64,000 nucleotides of DNA from an uncultured Candidatus Altimarinota bacterium. GTDB lineage: Bacteria; Patescibacteriota; Gracilibacteria; BD1-5; UBA2023. The stretch spans positions 1,024-65,023 of the forward strand of contig CALHQS010000038.1 of assembly GCA_938036655.1 (NCBI GenBank), in the 5' to 3' direction. This document shows, in pieces, positions 38,228-48,760 of this stretch (positions are counted from its first letter, which is position 1; the number at the start of each line of letters is the position of its first letter). The notes below the pieces were generated by a model. That model searched no databases. It saw only the letters and a program-made list of their open reading frames with translations, and was not told the DNA's origin. Position numbers and translations under genes: made by a program.

Positions 38228-40657
38228 TTAAGAAATGCGATAAATAATATCTTTTTCCACAAATTCTCGTTCGCGCGCATATCGAAGACGAGAAAATTCT
38301 TTGAGCGCTTCACCAATTTTTGGGTCTCATTTTTCAAGCCACGGACGCGGAACATCCAGTGAAAAGCCTTGACTTGGCTGACCATCCACCGACAAGCGGA
38401 GTGCTGCCTGGAATTTGTCCATATTCATAAAATCGTGATTGGAATAGGCTGGTGCGAATTGTTCTTCAAGCAATTTAGCATCTTCTGGCCCGATTTTGTA
38501 ACTCATCATCGAACCAACATTTCCGAAAATCGCATCTTTGAGGTTGAGGCTTGATTTGGTGAGCGCGTCAGATTTTTGTAATTGCCCCAAATATTGATGT
38601 GCAATAATCAGTCCAAGACGATATTTTCGCGCTTCAGAAAGAATCGATTCAATCGAATCCGTCACATAATTTTGGAATTCGTCAATGTACAAGAAAAAAT
38701 CTTTTCGCTCGCTTGCGGGCATTTGTTGGCGCTTCATAGCTGCCATTTGAATTTTAGAAACGAGGATAAGACCGATAAGACTCGAATTGATGTCTCCCAA
38801 AACTCCTTTGGAAAGTGTTGCCAAAAGAATTTTTTGCGTATTCATCACATCAGTAATATCAAACGCTGATTTTGTCTGACCGATGATATTTCGCATCAGC
38901 GTGTTGGTGATAAATGGACCAAATTTGGCAGCAAAAAATGGAATCATTTCTGCTTTTTCTCGATCACCCATCGCTGCGTATGTCGTTTTCCACCAAGTTT
39001 TTACGATTGGATTTTTGATCGTTTGTATGCGTTCGCGCTGGAAATTTTCATCCGTAAAAAGTTTGATCAGCTCAATAAGCGTTCCGCCTTCTGGATAATC
39101 CATGAGCGCCAAACATCCATTTCGAAAATAATCCTGGATTCGCGGACCGAAAATTTCTGGCCCAAAAATTTTAATCATAATGCTCGTCGCCTCGCCAACG
39201 GCCATTTGTTTTTCATCATCAGTATCAGCTTCCAAAAGATTGAGTCCCATCGGACGACTCTGATCGGCTGGGTCGAAAAAAATCAAATCTTCCGCGCGAG
39301 TTTTTGGGATAAAATCCAAAAGTCCTGTCGCAAAATCTCCGTGCGGATCGAGCACTGCGAGCCCGCGACCATTTCGCAAATCTTGGCGCGCCATCACCGA
39401 CAAAATCGAAGATTTTCCCGTACCAGTCTGCCCAATCACATAAAAATGACGGAAACGATCTTCGTTCGACAAATAAATTTTTCGGCGCTCACCACGGAAA
39501 ATATTATCCCCAAGGTACAGTCATTCGTGCGGAATATTTGTCGGAGCCTTCACGACACGAAAATGTTGCCATTTGATTTCTGGTTGTTTGTTATATTTGG
39601 AATGCGGAAAATGAAAAAGCGTCGCAATTTCCTCAATATTGAGCAAAAAATTTTTCTGCCACCATGCAAATTGTCGCAAAATAAAATATTGAATCAAAAC
39701 CGAAAGCGATTTGTGACGCATCGGTAGAAAGCGATTGTAGGCGGGCGACGCAAACTGCGAAAATGATGAAATAATATTGCGAAGCTCGGCGTTTGCCACC
39801 ATTTCATCATCGGCAGTTACAATAATTCGCACCATCACGAGAAAACCGGTTTTTTTCACTTTTTCTTTCATGAGACCTTCGTCGTCGATTGGATCTTTTT
39901 CGTCGATTTCAGGCTCGTCTTTTTTATTTTTTTCTTCTGGATCTTGGAAAAAAATTTCTAAAAATCCACGAATCCACACAAGTGGATTGAGCGAAAAATA
40001 TCGTCGTTTTCCAGGACTTTTCTCTTCTTTTCGAATCATTTTTTTGATGCGATTTTGCCAGCCGTCATCCTCAGGCTTGAGCAAAATCTGAATCGTTGCA
40101 GAAGTATTTTCACTGAGCCGACCAAGCGCCGACAAAATAGCGTTCATACTATCTGATTCGAGCTTTTGATACGTTCGAATTGGGAATTCGTCGCCTTTTT
40201 TGAGAATCATCGCCTCGCCCAACACGGATTTTCTGTTTTCAAAAATATTGATTTCGCTTGTTTCTTCGATGAGACAATCCGGATAAAAACCAATAATTTG
40301 CTTTTCAACGAGCAATTTGGATTTGCGCGGTACCACGATATAAAAATAAATTTCGTTCGCGTGCGCCGTATATTCGAAAGAAATATATTCCTGCCCCAGA
40401 AGCCAGCCCAAAAAATTCCCGCGATAGAGCGATTTGAGATTGGACAAAAGTTGCTCCATGAGAGAAATTTGTTCTTTAAAATCTCGAATTGTTTCCTTTT
40501 TTTCATCGCTGTCGCTGTCTTTTCGTGCCATCACTACACGCAAAAAAGCCATTTCCTTCGAACGGCGTTTTGCGATATTTTTGCGATATTGCCACCAGAA
40601 AAAAGTCAGGAGAACAATTGTCGCAACGATGATGAGAAAAATTTTCCCAAGTTGCAT
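38228..40657 (-). CDS. VirD4/TraD-type coupling-protein-like P-loop ATPase (809 aa, table 25) with an N-terminal TM anchor and a large N-domain
   Basis: Track ORFs 39521-40657 and 38327-39472 are in frame, joined by TGA and extended across a second TGA to TAA 38228. It has an N-terminal TM (IFLIIVATIVLLTFFWW), Walker A HFYVIGQTGTGKSS, LAVLDPHGDF, Walker B FFLYIDEFQNY and IIAHQYLGQL. This fits the HerA/FtsK-like T4SS ATPase fold. Confidence 0.7.
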
Positions 40658-40666
40658 ATTTGTGAA

Positions 40667-41671
40667 TTAGAATGTGATTCCTTCGAGAATGAAAAATCTA
40701 AAAATTGCGTGACTCGCGACGAGCAAAACGAGCCCAATCACGATATAAATAATAATTTTTTTCGCGCGAGAAATTTTTTCTTCGTCGCCACCAGAAATAA
40801 ACAAAAGCCAACCCGCATAAATCGCCATCAAAATACAAAAAATCGTCAAAAATGTATTGAAATATTTGATAATATTGGCAAAAAGTTCTACCGCACCTTC
40901 AAATCTGGCCTCAGAATTGCTAGTACATGGCGTTTTCGCCAAATCCCAAACATGACCGCTCATTTGCTCACATTTTGGAACGCCGCTGTACAAAAGTGAA
41001 ACGATTCGATGAGGAATTTGAATCAAAATAAATCCCACCAATGCAAAAATCAGCGTATTTTTCCCTTTTCCAAATTTTTCTTCGTCGCCTGACCCTGTGA
41101 CGATAATATAAAATGCGTAAATCATCATCGCGAGGAATATAAATCCTGTAAAATAATATACCAGCCCCACGAGTGGTTCCAAAATATTATTCCAAAATTC
41201 CCACCCCCATTCAGCATCAATAATAACCGAAGTTCCATTGCTTGGATTTTTGAGAAGCGTCGCCCAAATAGAATACGCCATTTGAAGCAAAATCGCACCC
41301 GCCGCGGTCCAGGCAATATTGTATTTCCATTTTTTTACATCATCATCACTTCCGTCTGATGTGAACAATTTTATCACGCCGATAATCAAAAAAATTACCG
41401 CAATGAGCAACATAGCATTTTTGATTCCTTGCGCAATATTAAAAAATGTCGCACTAAGCGCATCATTTGCATTTGTGCTATCTGATTTGATAAAATAGCC
41501 TTCACCAACATCTTTTGTGAATTCATTAATTTGTTTGTGTTCCGTTCCTTCCGTTTTGATATTATTGGAAAGATTATTGATGACGTCGTTGTTGTCTTGT
41601 GCATGCGCGATAGGCATCATCGTGACACAAAAACTTGCCAGCAAAATGAGAAAAGTTTTTAAAAATTTCAT
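40667..41671 (-). CDS. signal-peptide protein built from three tandem VirB2/TrbC-like pilin hairpins (334 aa)
   Basis: Signal peptide MKFLKTFLILLASFCVTMMPIAHA. It then has three repeats of TM - short acidic turn - basic patch - TM. These are ...IGVIKLFTSDGSDDDVKKWKYNIAWTAAGAILL, ...YIIVTGSGDEEKFGKGKNTLIFALVGFILI and ...GWLLFISGGDEEKISRAKKIIIYIVIGLVLL. Confidence 0.6.
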   Translation of the reverse strand: MKFLKTFLILLASFCVTMMPIAHAQDNNDVINNLSNNIKTEGTEHKQINEFTKDVGEGYFIKSDSTNANDALSATFFNIAQGIKNAMLLIAVIFLIIGVIKLFTSDGSDDDVKKWKYNIAWTAAGAILLQMAYSIWATLLKNPSNGTSVIIDAEWGWEFWNNILEPLVGLVYYFTGFIFLAMMIYAFYIIVTGSGDEEKFGKGKNTLIFALVGFILIQIPHRIVSLLYSGVPKCEQMSGHVWDLAKTPCTSNSEARFEGAVELFANIIKYFNTFLTIFCILMAIYAGWLLFISGGDEEKISRAKKIIIYIVIGLVLLVASHAIFRFFILEGITF

Positions 41672-41691
41672 ACAAAAAAATTATCTCAAAT

Positions 41692-41720
41692 AGTATAGCA
41701 ATTCTTGCTCAAAAAAGCAA
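41692..41720 (-). promoter_or_regulatory. promoter TTGCTT-17-TATACT of the T4SS-like operon
   Basis: The reverse complement was read directly. It lies 20 nt upstream of ATG 41671. Confidence 0.5.
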
Positions 41721-41745
41721 ATTTCTTGCGCACTCTTCAAAAAAG

Positions 41746-41773
41746 TTGCATTTACAAAACTTTTTTTTATACT
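41746..41773 (+). promoter_or_regulatory. promoter TTGCAT-16-TATACT of fmt (divergent)
   Basis: Read directly. It lies inside the track ORF N-terminus, which supports ATG 41798. Confidence 0.45.
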
Positions 41774-41797
41774 ACAATTATAAAAATTTTTCAAAAT

Positions 41798-42739
41798 ATG
41801 CTTAAAATTGGTTTTTTTGGAACTCCAGAATTGTCTGCGTCGGTGCTTCGTGGGCTTTTGGAAAATGAAAATTTTTCCGTCGAATTTGCCGTGACAAATC
41901 CTGACAAAAAATTTGGCCGCGCGCAAACGCTCATTGCAAGCCCCGTTAAACAACTCGCTGAATCGTATCAAATTCCTGTTTTTCAGCCAGAAAAAATCCG
42001 AAATAATACCGAATTTCTTGAAAAAATTGCTGAGTATCAGTGCGATTATTTTGTCGTTGTGGCGTACGGAAAAATTTTGCCGAAAGAACTTCTGGAAATT
42101 CCAAAAAAAATGTGTATCAATGTGCATGGCTCGATTTTGCCCAAATATCGTGGCGCCTCGCCAGTTCAGTCTGCGCTTTTAAATGGGGAAAAAGAAACTG
42201 GCGTGACGATTATGCAGATGAGCGAAGGCATGGATGAAGGCGCGATGATTTGTGTTGCAAAAATTGCAATTTCTCCAAATGAAACGAGTGTGTCACTTTT
42301 TCAAAAATTTGCCGAAATTTCCCCAAATGCTCTCATTGACGGGATTTTGTGATTAGAATCAGGAAAATATTCCCCAATCGAGCAAAATCACAGCGAAGCA
42401 ACATATTGTACTAAAATTTCCAAAGAAGATGGAAAAATTGATTGGAATCAGGATGCACGCGAGATTTTTCATAAATATCAGGCATATTCGCCGTGGCCAG
42501 GAATTTTTGATATTTACCAAGGAAAACGCTTATTATTTGAAAAAATTTCTTTTTCTGATGCTATCGCGACTGACAAAAAAATATGAACAGTTTTTAAAGA
42601 TTCTGATGGAAAAATTGCGATTGCAGCCCATTCTGGCGTGATTTTTCCAGAAATTGTAAAATTGGAGGGGAAAAAATCTCAGTCGATTGCTGATTTTATC
42701 AACGGAAATCGTGCATTTCTTGATTTTTCATTTAATTAA
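41798..42739 (+). CDS. fmt: methionyl-tRNA formyltransferase, table 25
   Basis: MLKIGFFGTPE...VVVAYGKILP...INVHGSILPKYRGASPVQ. Two TGAs join the C-terminal domain. Confidence 0.9.
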
Positions 42740-42751
42740 TCATTTTTTCTT

Positions 42752-43168
42752 ATGTCAACTATTTTTTCTAAAATCATTGCTGGCGAAATTCCGTCATTCA
42801 AGATTTATGAAGATGATTTTGTATTTGCGTTTTTGGATATTTTTCCTCAACAGAAAGGGCATACATTGATTATTCCAAAAATCGAAATTGACCATTTTTC
42901 TGATGTTCCGCCAGAATATTTAAACGCGATGCTCTCGGCCGCGCAAAAAATTTCCAAAGCACTTCAAAAAGCGACCCATTGTGCGCGTGTTTGTGCGAAA
43001 TTTGAGGGATTTGAGGTTCCGCATTGTCATTTTCATTTGATTCCCGCCAACTCGATTGAAGATTCGAATTTTCAGAGTGTGCCTCGCACTGATGACGCTG
43101 AATTGGCTGATTTGCAAGCCAAAATTATCCAAGAATTATCTTCAGAATTTTCCAATCTTTCAAAATAA
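42752..43168 (+). CDS. HIT family (histidine triad) hydrolase
   Basis: FSKIIAGEIPS...FLDIFPQQKGHTLIIPK...VPHCHFHLIP. Confidence 0.85.
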   Translation: MSTIFSKIIAGEIPSFKIYEDDFVFAFLDIFPQQKGHTLIIPKIEIDHFSDVPPEYLNAMLSAAQKISKALQKATHCARVCAKFEGFEVPHCHFHLIPANSIEDSNFQSVPRTDDAELADLQAKIIQELSSEFSNLSK

Positions 43169-43169
43169 T

Positions 43170-43931
43170 ATGTATACAATTGCACTCAATACATTTCGCG
43201 AAATTCTTCGGTCTCGATTTTTTTCGATAACCTGTTTTTTTGGCATTGTAATGCTCTTTGGGATTATTTTTTTCAATATTTTGTCACTTGATCAATCCCA
43301 GTTTATCGTGCCAGATTTTGGGCTTTCATTCATGGAAGTCACGGGATTGTTGATTATTTTGTTTCTCGGAAATCGCCTTTTGTCGCGCGAATTTGAAGAA
43401 AAAACAATTTATCTTACGCTCTTGAGGCCGATTAGTCGTGGAAAAATTATTTTTGGAAAATTTTTTGGATTTGCGGCGATTTTACTGATTCTTGTGTTGA
43501 TTTTGTCAACGATTTTGATAGGGTTGATGATTTTTTTTGAAGTGCCAGTGACGCCGATTTTTGGTTTCGCGATCTTAGGAATTTTTCTCAAATGGCTATC
43601 ACTTTTGGTAATAATTTTGTTTTTTTCGATTTTTTTGTCAGGCGGAATTGCGACTTTTGGAACGCTTGCGGTGTATATTGTGGCGCACAGCGGATACGCG
43701 CTTTTGGAGTATGCGACGACGCATGAGCAGGCTGTTATGGCGAGTGTTGGCCGTGGAATTTTATTTTTCTTTCCCAATTTTCAGGCACTCAATTTTAAAG
43801 AATTGATTCATTTTTCATTCATGCCCAGTATTCATACTGCGTTAGTTTTTGCTTTTGCAATAGGATACATTGTCATTTTGCTTGGCACTTCGTATTACAT
43901 TTTTTCCAAAAAATCTTTTGATAATATTTAA
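43170..43931 (+). CDS. polytopic membrane protein, ABC-2-type permease-like
   Basis: ATG 43170 (the track start is upstream read-through). It has about 6 TM helices, and the N-terminal ALNTFREILRSRFF resembles NosY/ABC-2 permeases. No ATPase partner is adjacent. Confidence 0.45.
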   Translation: MYTIALNTFREILRSRFFSITCFFGIVMLFGIIFFNILSLDQSQFIVPDFGLSFMEVTGLLIILFLGNRLLSREFEEKTIYLTLLRPISRGKIIFGKFFGFAAILLILVLILSTILIGLMIFFEVPVTPIFGFAILGIFLKWLSLLVIILFFSIFLSGGIATFGTLAVYIVAHSGYALLEYATTHEQAVMASVGRGILFFFPNFQALNFKELIHFSFMPSIHTALVFAFAIGYIVILLGTSYYIFSKKSFDNI

Positions 43932-43960
43932 AAAATCCTCATACGAGGATTTTATTTTTT
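43930..43960. terminator. bidirectional terminator between the permease-like gene and rnr
   Basis: AAAAAATCCTC-ATAC-GAGGATTTTATTTTTT. Confidence 0.7.
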
Positions 43961-45934
43961 GATAAATTCGCCAACGATTTTCCCATCTTCCTTGAGGATT
44001 TTTTTGATTTTGATAGTTTTTTTCTCGCCGATTTGGAAAATAATTTTCTGATGACGATCGATAATTGCGCCCACGACGTTATCCACCTGAAAATCGTGAA
44101 ATCGTGGCAAATATACGAGAATTTCCACACCCATATCGAGCTCTACAAAAATTCCCCAATCCGTCACGCCCGAGATTTTTCCGTCAAAAATCCCGCCAAT
44201 ATGAGCTTCCATAAATCGCAACATATAAATTTTGTCCACAGAATTTTCAATCATTTCGGCACGCTTTTCTGTCAAAGTCGCAATTTCGGCTGTTTTTTCT
44301 AAAAATTTGGTGAGTGATTTTTTATTTTTTTCATCCAATTTTTTTGCCAAATATTGCTTGATGGCGCGATGCGTCGCGAGATCGGGATAGCGTCGAATCG
44401 GGCTGGTAAAGTGTGAATAAAAATCAAGCGCCAAACCGAAATGTCCACTTCTATTGTGTGAATAAATGGCTTTTGACATTTTGGGAAGAATGAGGCGAGA
44501 GGCATGATATCGTGCACTTTCATCGAGTTTTTCGAGATATTCAGCGATATGTTTTGGAAGAATTTTTTCAGATTTTTTGCGATTTTTCCCAAGAATATTT
44601 TCGAGAATTTGTATACCTTCGTCGTTCGGTTCATCATGCACGCGCGACAAAAACGGAATTTTTCGTTTCGTACACCATTTTGCCACCTCCTCATTGGCGA
44701 GCACCATAAATTCTTCAATCAACCGATGTGCATCGTTGCGATCGCGTTTTCTGATTCCAATCGGCGTGTGACTATTTTTTTCAAAATCAAAATACAACTC
44801 CGTCGTCTCGAACGCGATTTTTCCTTCCTTTTTTCGTCGTTTTTTAATGATTTCAAATAATTCAAAAGCATTTAAAATCGTATTTTCAAGAGATGCGTTT
44901 TCAAATTTTTTCTTTTGAAAATTTTCAAAAATTTTCCCATATTCGCCACGATGTTGGCTCTGAATGAGGCTTTCAAAAATATCGGTGTGAAGCACTTTTC
45001 CGGTTTTCTGATCGATTTTCATGAGACAGGTGAGCGTTTTTTTCTCGGTTTCTGGTGTCAGACTGCAAAGATGATTAGAAAGCGTTTCCGGAAGCATTGG
45101 AATCACTTTCTGCGGCAAATAAATACTCGTGCCCCGCGTTCGTGCCTCGTGATCGATGGGCGATTTTTCTGTGACAAAATGGCTTACATCCGCGATATGT
45201 ACACCAAGTAAAAAATTTCCATCGTCGTATTTTGCGATACTGATTGCATCGTCGAGATCTCTCGCGTCACTTCCATCGATGGTGAGTGTGTACCAATTTC
45301 GCAAGTCTACACGAGTGTCATTCTCGCTCGAAAGAGCGTTAAAATACGCGATTTCGGGATTATTTTTGAATATAGAAAGGAGATTTTTTTCGTCAGCGAT
45401 GAGTGAATCCGCTCGAAAATGAGGCTCGACTGGAAGCAATTTTTCATCAATATTTTTCAGAAATTTTTCCTGTTTTTTGATTTCTGGGCTCCATTTTTCA
45501 GGAATATTGTGCAAAAACAAAATACTCGCCACTTCGCTGTCGTGCTCAGTTGGTTCAAAAATTTTCTGGATTTTGGCAAATTTTTCATCAATTTTAAATT
45601 CTACCATCACATCACCAGGGAATTTTTCGAGAGAATTTTTCTCGATTCGAATTTTTTCAATAGTTCCAAAATTTGGCGCTAAAAAAATATATTTTCATTT
45701 TTTTTGTCCCAGCAGAATTTTTTGTGTTCGTTCCATGATTTTGAGAATCGCGACTTCCGCCATCCGCCCAGATTCTGATTTTTTCGTGATTTTCGCGAGC
45801 ACAATATCGCCGTGCACGAATTTTTTCCCCAATTTTCCACGCACGAAAAATCGCTCCCCGTGAGCGTTGAGGATGATTTTTGAACCCTCAAATAAGAGTT
45901 CGCCAACGAGATTTTTTGGATTTTTTTTCTTCAT
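43952..45934 (-). CDS. rnr: ribonuclease R/II family exoribonuclease, table 25
   Basis: Track ORFs 45695-45934 and 43952-45610 are in frame across one TGA. It has the RNB motifs TIDGSDARDLDDAISI, GVHIADVSHFV and TSIYLPQKVIPMLPE, plus a C-terminal S1-like domain. Confidence 0.9.
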
Positions 45935-45937
45935 ATT

Positions 45938-46378
45938 TTATGCCAAAAAATCAATTTCTTGGTACGCAATATCTGCCAAAATCGCATCAAGCGCGATTTT
46001 GTGATGTGGAATAAAAGGTGATGGCAAAGCAGAAATCGGGAACCATGCAAGGTCGGTTGCCAGGTCGGGTTCGCAAATCTCAGGAACACCTTCCCATTCG
46101 TCTACGAGCCCAAAATAACTAATTTTTGAACCAGAATTATTGCGATGAAAAACAATTGTTTCGCCAGAAAAGTTATATTTTTTTGCGTAAATCCCAACTT
46201 CTTCGGTCAATTCACGAAGTCAGGCTTCACGAAAAAATTCAAAATCATCCACTTTTCCACCAGGAAAAGCCCAAAAATTGGGCCAAGCTTTTGCTTTGTG
46301 AGATCGTTTGATGAGGAGAATATCGCTCCCATTGCGACAAATAATATTAGAAGAAGCGGGAAGAAACGCGCGAGTCAT
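45938..46378 (-). CDS. NUDIX hydrolase, table 25
   Basis: ATG 46378. The Nudix box GGKVDDFEFFREA-G-LRELTEEVGI fits Gx5Ex7REUxEExGU, with one TGA inside it. Confidence 0.85.
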
Positions 46379-46422
46379 GCGCGCATTGTATAAAATTTTT
46401 GAAAAAGTGCAAATTTTCTCGT

Positions 46423-47151
46423 CTATCCAAAATTATAGTCATCAACATTTCCACGCATCATAGTTTCTGCACCAATTCGTGGATTATAATAATTGTATAA
46501 AAGCTTGATAAGTTCGTCTTTTTTGAGTTCTTCCGCACGAAGTCCGATACTTTCGAGCGACATTTTAATGGTGCTGAGTCGCTCAGAATTCCCTTTATGA
46601 AGCTTCTGAACGCGACTTCGGTTGGCGCGAATATCGGCTACTGATTCGGTTTGAGAAATCGCCGACCAAAAACTTCGAAAAATCCCAAGAAAATCAGTTT
46701 TTCGAACACTTTCATTGTTTTCAAAATCGTATGGCACCACGATATAAAATTCTTTTTTCATAATTTGTGCCAAATCAATCAGTGTCAAAAGAAAATCGAT
46801 ATATTTGTATGTTTGTTCTTGGAGAAGCGGATTTTCTTGTTTGAGTGCGAGATTTTTGAGTTTGTTGATATAACTTTCGATATCCACGCGAAGCGAGCGA
46901 ATAATGATCTGGATTGGAAAATTGAGTGCATTCAAAAAACGCTGATAGCTCATCAAAATTGCGTCTTGCTCCTCAGTACTTTTGAGATTAAAATTGAGCG
47001 CATGAACCTTGAGAACCATACGAGACGAGCCGTCTTTCATCACGATGAGATTGTCGCGAATCTCAGAAAAAGGCATATAGCGCTGTACGCTCATATCCTG
47101 ATTTGGTTTTTTCCCACTTTTCACGGATTTTGTAGTTTTTTCTGCAATCAT
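46423..47151 (-). CDS. stand-alone VirB4/TrbE N-terminal-domain-like protein (242 aa)
   Basis: YMPFSEIRDNLIVMKDGSSRMVLKVHALNFNLKSTEEQDAILMSYQRFLNALNFPIQIIIRS follows the pattern of the N-domain of Gram-positive VirB4-like ATPases. It ends at a genuine TAG with no P-loop domain. Confidence 0.5.
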   Translation of the reverse strand: MIAEKTTKSVKSGKKPNQDMSVQRYMPFSEIRDNLIVMKDGSSRMVLKVHALNFNLKSTEEQDAILMSYQRFLNALNFPIQIIIRSLRVDIESYINKLKNLALKQENPLLQEQTYKYIDFLLTLIDLAQIMKKEFYIVVPYDFENNESVRKTDFLGIFRSFWSAISQTESVADIRANRSRVQKLHKGNSERLSTIKMSLESIGLRAEELKKDELIKLLYNYYNPRIGAETMMRGNVDDYNFG

Positions 47152-47154
47152 ATT

Positions 47155-47577
47155 TTAGAGATTTTTGAGTTTTTCCGCGAAATCTTCGTTGTTCGCGATT
47201 GAGGAAGTAAAGCTTTCTTTGGAAGTTGTTTGCACGATTTTTTCGTTTGAACTTGAAATGTGGCCAATTTCAAGTTCGGTATAACTATCCGTTCACTGCG
47301 ACCATGGACGGGCTTTTCCATTGAGCGACATTCGCAAAAAGTTGAGCGTTAGCGGTAAAAATGTCATTTCTGCGATTCGAACAAGCGCGATTCCAATACC
47401 CATTCCTGCCACAATAATTGCTGGAACGAGCGCGATTCCACCAATTCTTGATTCTAAAAATTGAAAGAGCGCGTAGGCGATTCCACCAAACACCATCATA
47501 ATCCCGAGCTGCCGCAAAGAAAGCCCAAGAACGATAGTATCTTCATTTTCGATTTGAATAGGAATTTTGTACTGCAT
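47155..47577 (-). CDS. PrgI/VirB3-like small membrane protein (140 aa, table 25)
   Basis: It starts MQYKIPIQIENEDTIVLGLSLRQLGIMMVFGG, followed by two TM helices, like PrgI-family proteins. One TGA is read through to TAA 47155. The promoter lies inside the longer track ORF. Confidence 0.55.
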
Positions 47578-47594
47578 AATTTTTGTTTTTAGAA

Positions 47595-47623
47595 AGTATA
47601 TACTATTTTTCGTAAAATCGCAA
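47595..47623 (-). promoter_or_regulatory. promoter TTGCGA-17-TATACT of the prgI-like operon
   Basis: The reverse complement was read directly. It lies 17 nt upstream of ATG 47577. Confidence 0.5.
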
Positions 47624-47691
47624 GAATTTTCTGATTTTTTTTGACTTTTTTGCACTCTCCCATAATATAAGGAAAATTTTAAAATATTTTT

Positions 47692-48732
47692 ATGTACTCA
47701 TTTGTTAAAAATCGAAAATTTGCGTATATTCTCGCAGGAATTCTTTTTATTTTTTCTGTTATTTCTCCATTTATTCTGCCATTTCATCAGGGAATTGATT
47801 TGACGGGTGGAGTGCAGGTCAAATATAATGTAACCAATATTGATACTGAAAAAGTAATTTCTGAAACGCGAGAAAAATTTATCGCTGAAGCGAAAAATAC
47901 GCTTTCTCGTGAAGAACAAGCGATTTTGACGGATTTTCTCGTTTATCGAATTACGGGTTCAGATGATTTTATGATCGAAATTGGTGTTGATGAGGCGATG
48001 ACAACGGGCGACACGGCGACTAAAACGGCTTTTGTCAATGCAACCAAAGAAAAATTTTTCCACAATCTTCAAGAACTCTACAATAGCGTTTCTGATGGGA
48101 AAATCACCCAATCACAATATGTAAATATTGGTGCGTCATTTGGAGAATATATTAAGAATTCTGGATATATTTCGCTTACACTTGTGGTGATTATGATTTC
48201 CATTTATATTATGTATGCATTTTCTGGCGCGATTCCGGGAATGGCGAGTTGGCCGTTTGCGGTGGTAACTGGAATTTCGCTTTTGCATGATGTGGTGGTG
48301 GCATTTGGGCTGTATGTCTTGACTTCAGCGATTTTCCCGGCATTCAAAATTGATATTTTCTTGATTACAGCGATGCTTACGGTGCTTGGATATTCTATCA
48401 ACGATACGATTGTGATTATGGATCGAGTTCGCGCTACGCTTAAAGAAGAGAAAAAGAAAAATTTGCCAACAATTATTGACGAAGCGATTCACGGGACAAT
48501 GCGCCGCTCGCTCTTTACCTCGCTCACTATTTTGATTGTTCTTCTTGCGATGTTTATTTTTGGTCCCGAATCTATCAAGGGTTTTGTGCTTGCAATGATT
48601 TTCGGAACAATCGTCGGAACTTGGTCGTCAATTTTCTTGGCAGCACCAGCGCTCGTGGATTTGACGGATTTTGATCCCAACAAAAAAATTCCAAAAAAAT
48701 CTCGTCGCGATGAAGACGGAATTATTCTCTAA
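47692..48732 (+). CDS. secF: protein-export membrane protein SecF
   Basis: GIDLTGGVQV near the N-terminus and the six-TM SecF core (LTVLGYSINDTIVIMDRVR...RSLFTSLTILIVLLAMFIFG). Confidence 0.8.
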   Translation: MYSFVKNRKFAYILAGILFIFSVISPFILPFHQGIDLTGGVQVKYNVTNIDTEKVISETREKFIAEAKNTLSREEQAILTDFLVYRITGSDDFMIEIGVDEAMTTGDTATKTAFVNATKEKFFHNLQELYNSVSDGKITQSQYVNIGASFGEYIKNSGYISLTLVVIMISIYIMYAFSGAIPGMASWPFAVVTGISLLHDVVVAFGLYVLTSAIFPAFKIDIFLITAMLTVLGYSINDTIVIMDRVRATLKEEKKKNLPTIIDEAIHGTMRRSLFTSLTILIVLLAMFIFGPESIKGFVLAMIFGTIVGTWSSIFLAAPALVDLTDFDPNKKIPKKSRRDEDGIIL

Positions 48733-48760
48733 AAAATCCCCGATTGGGGATTTTATTTTG
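48731..48760. terminator. bidirectional terminator after secF
   Basis: AAAAAATCCCC-GAT-TGGGGATTTTATTTTG. Confidence 0.75.
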
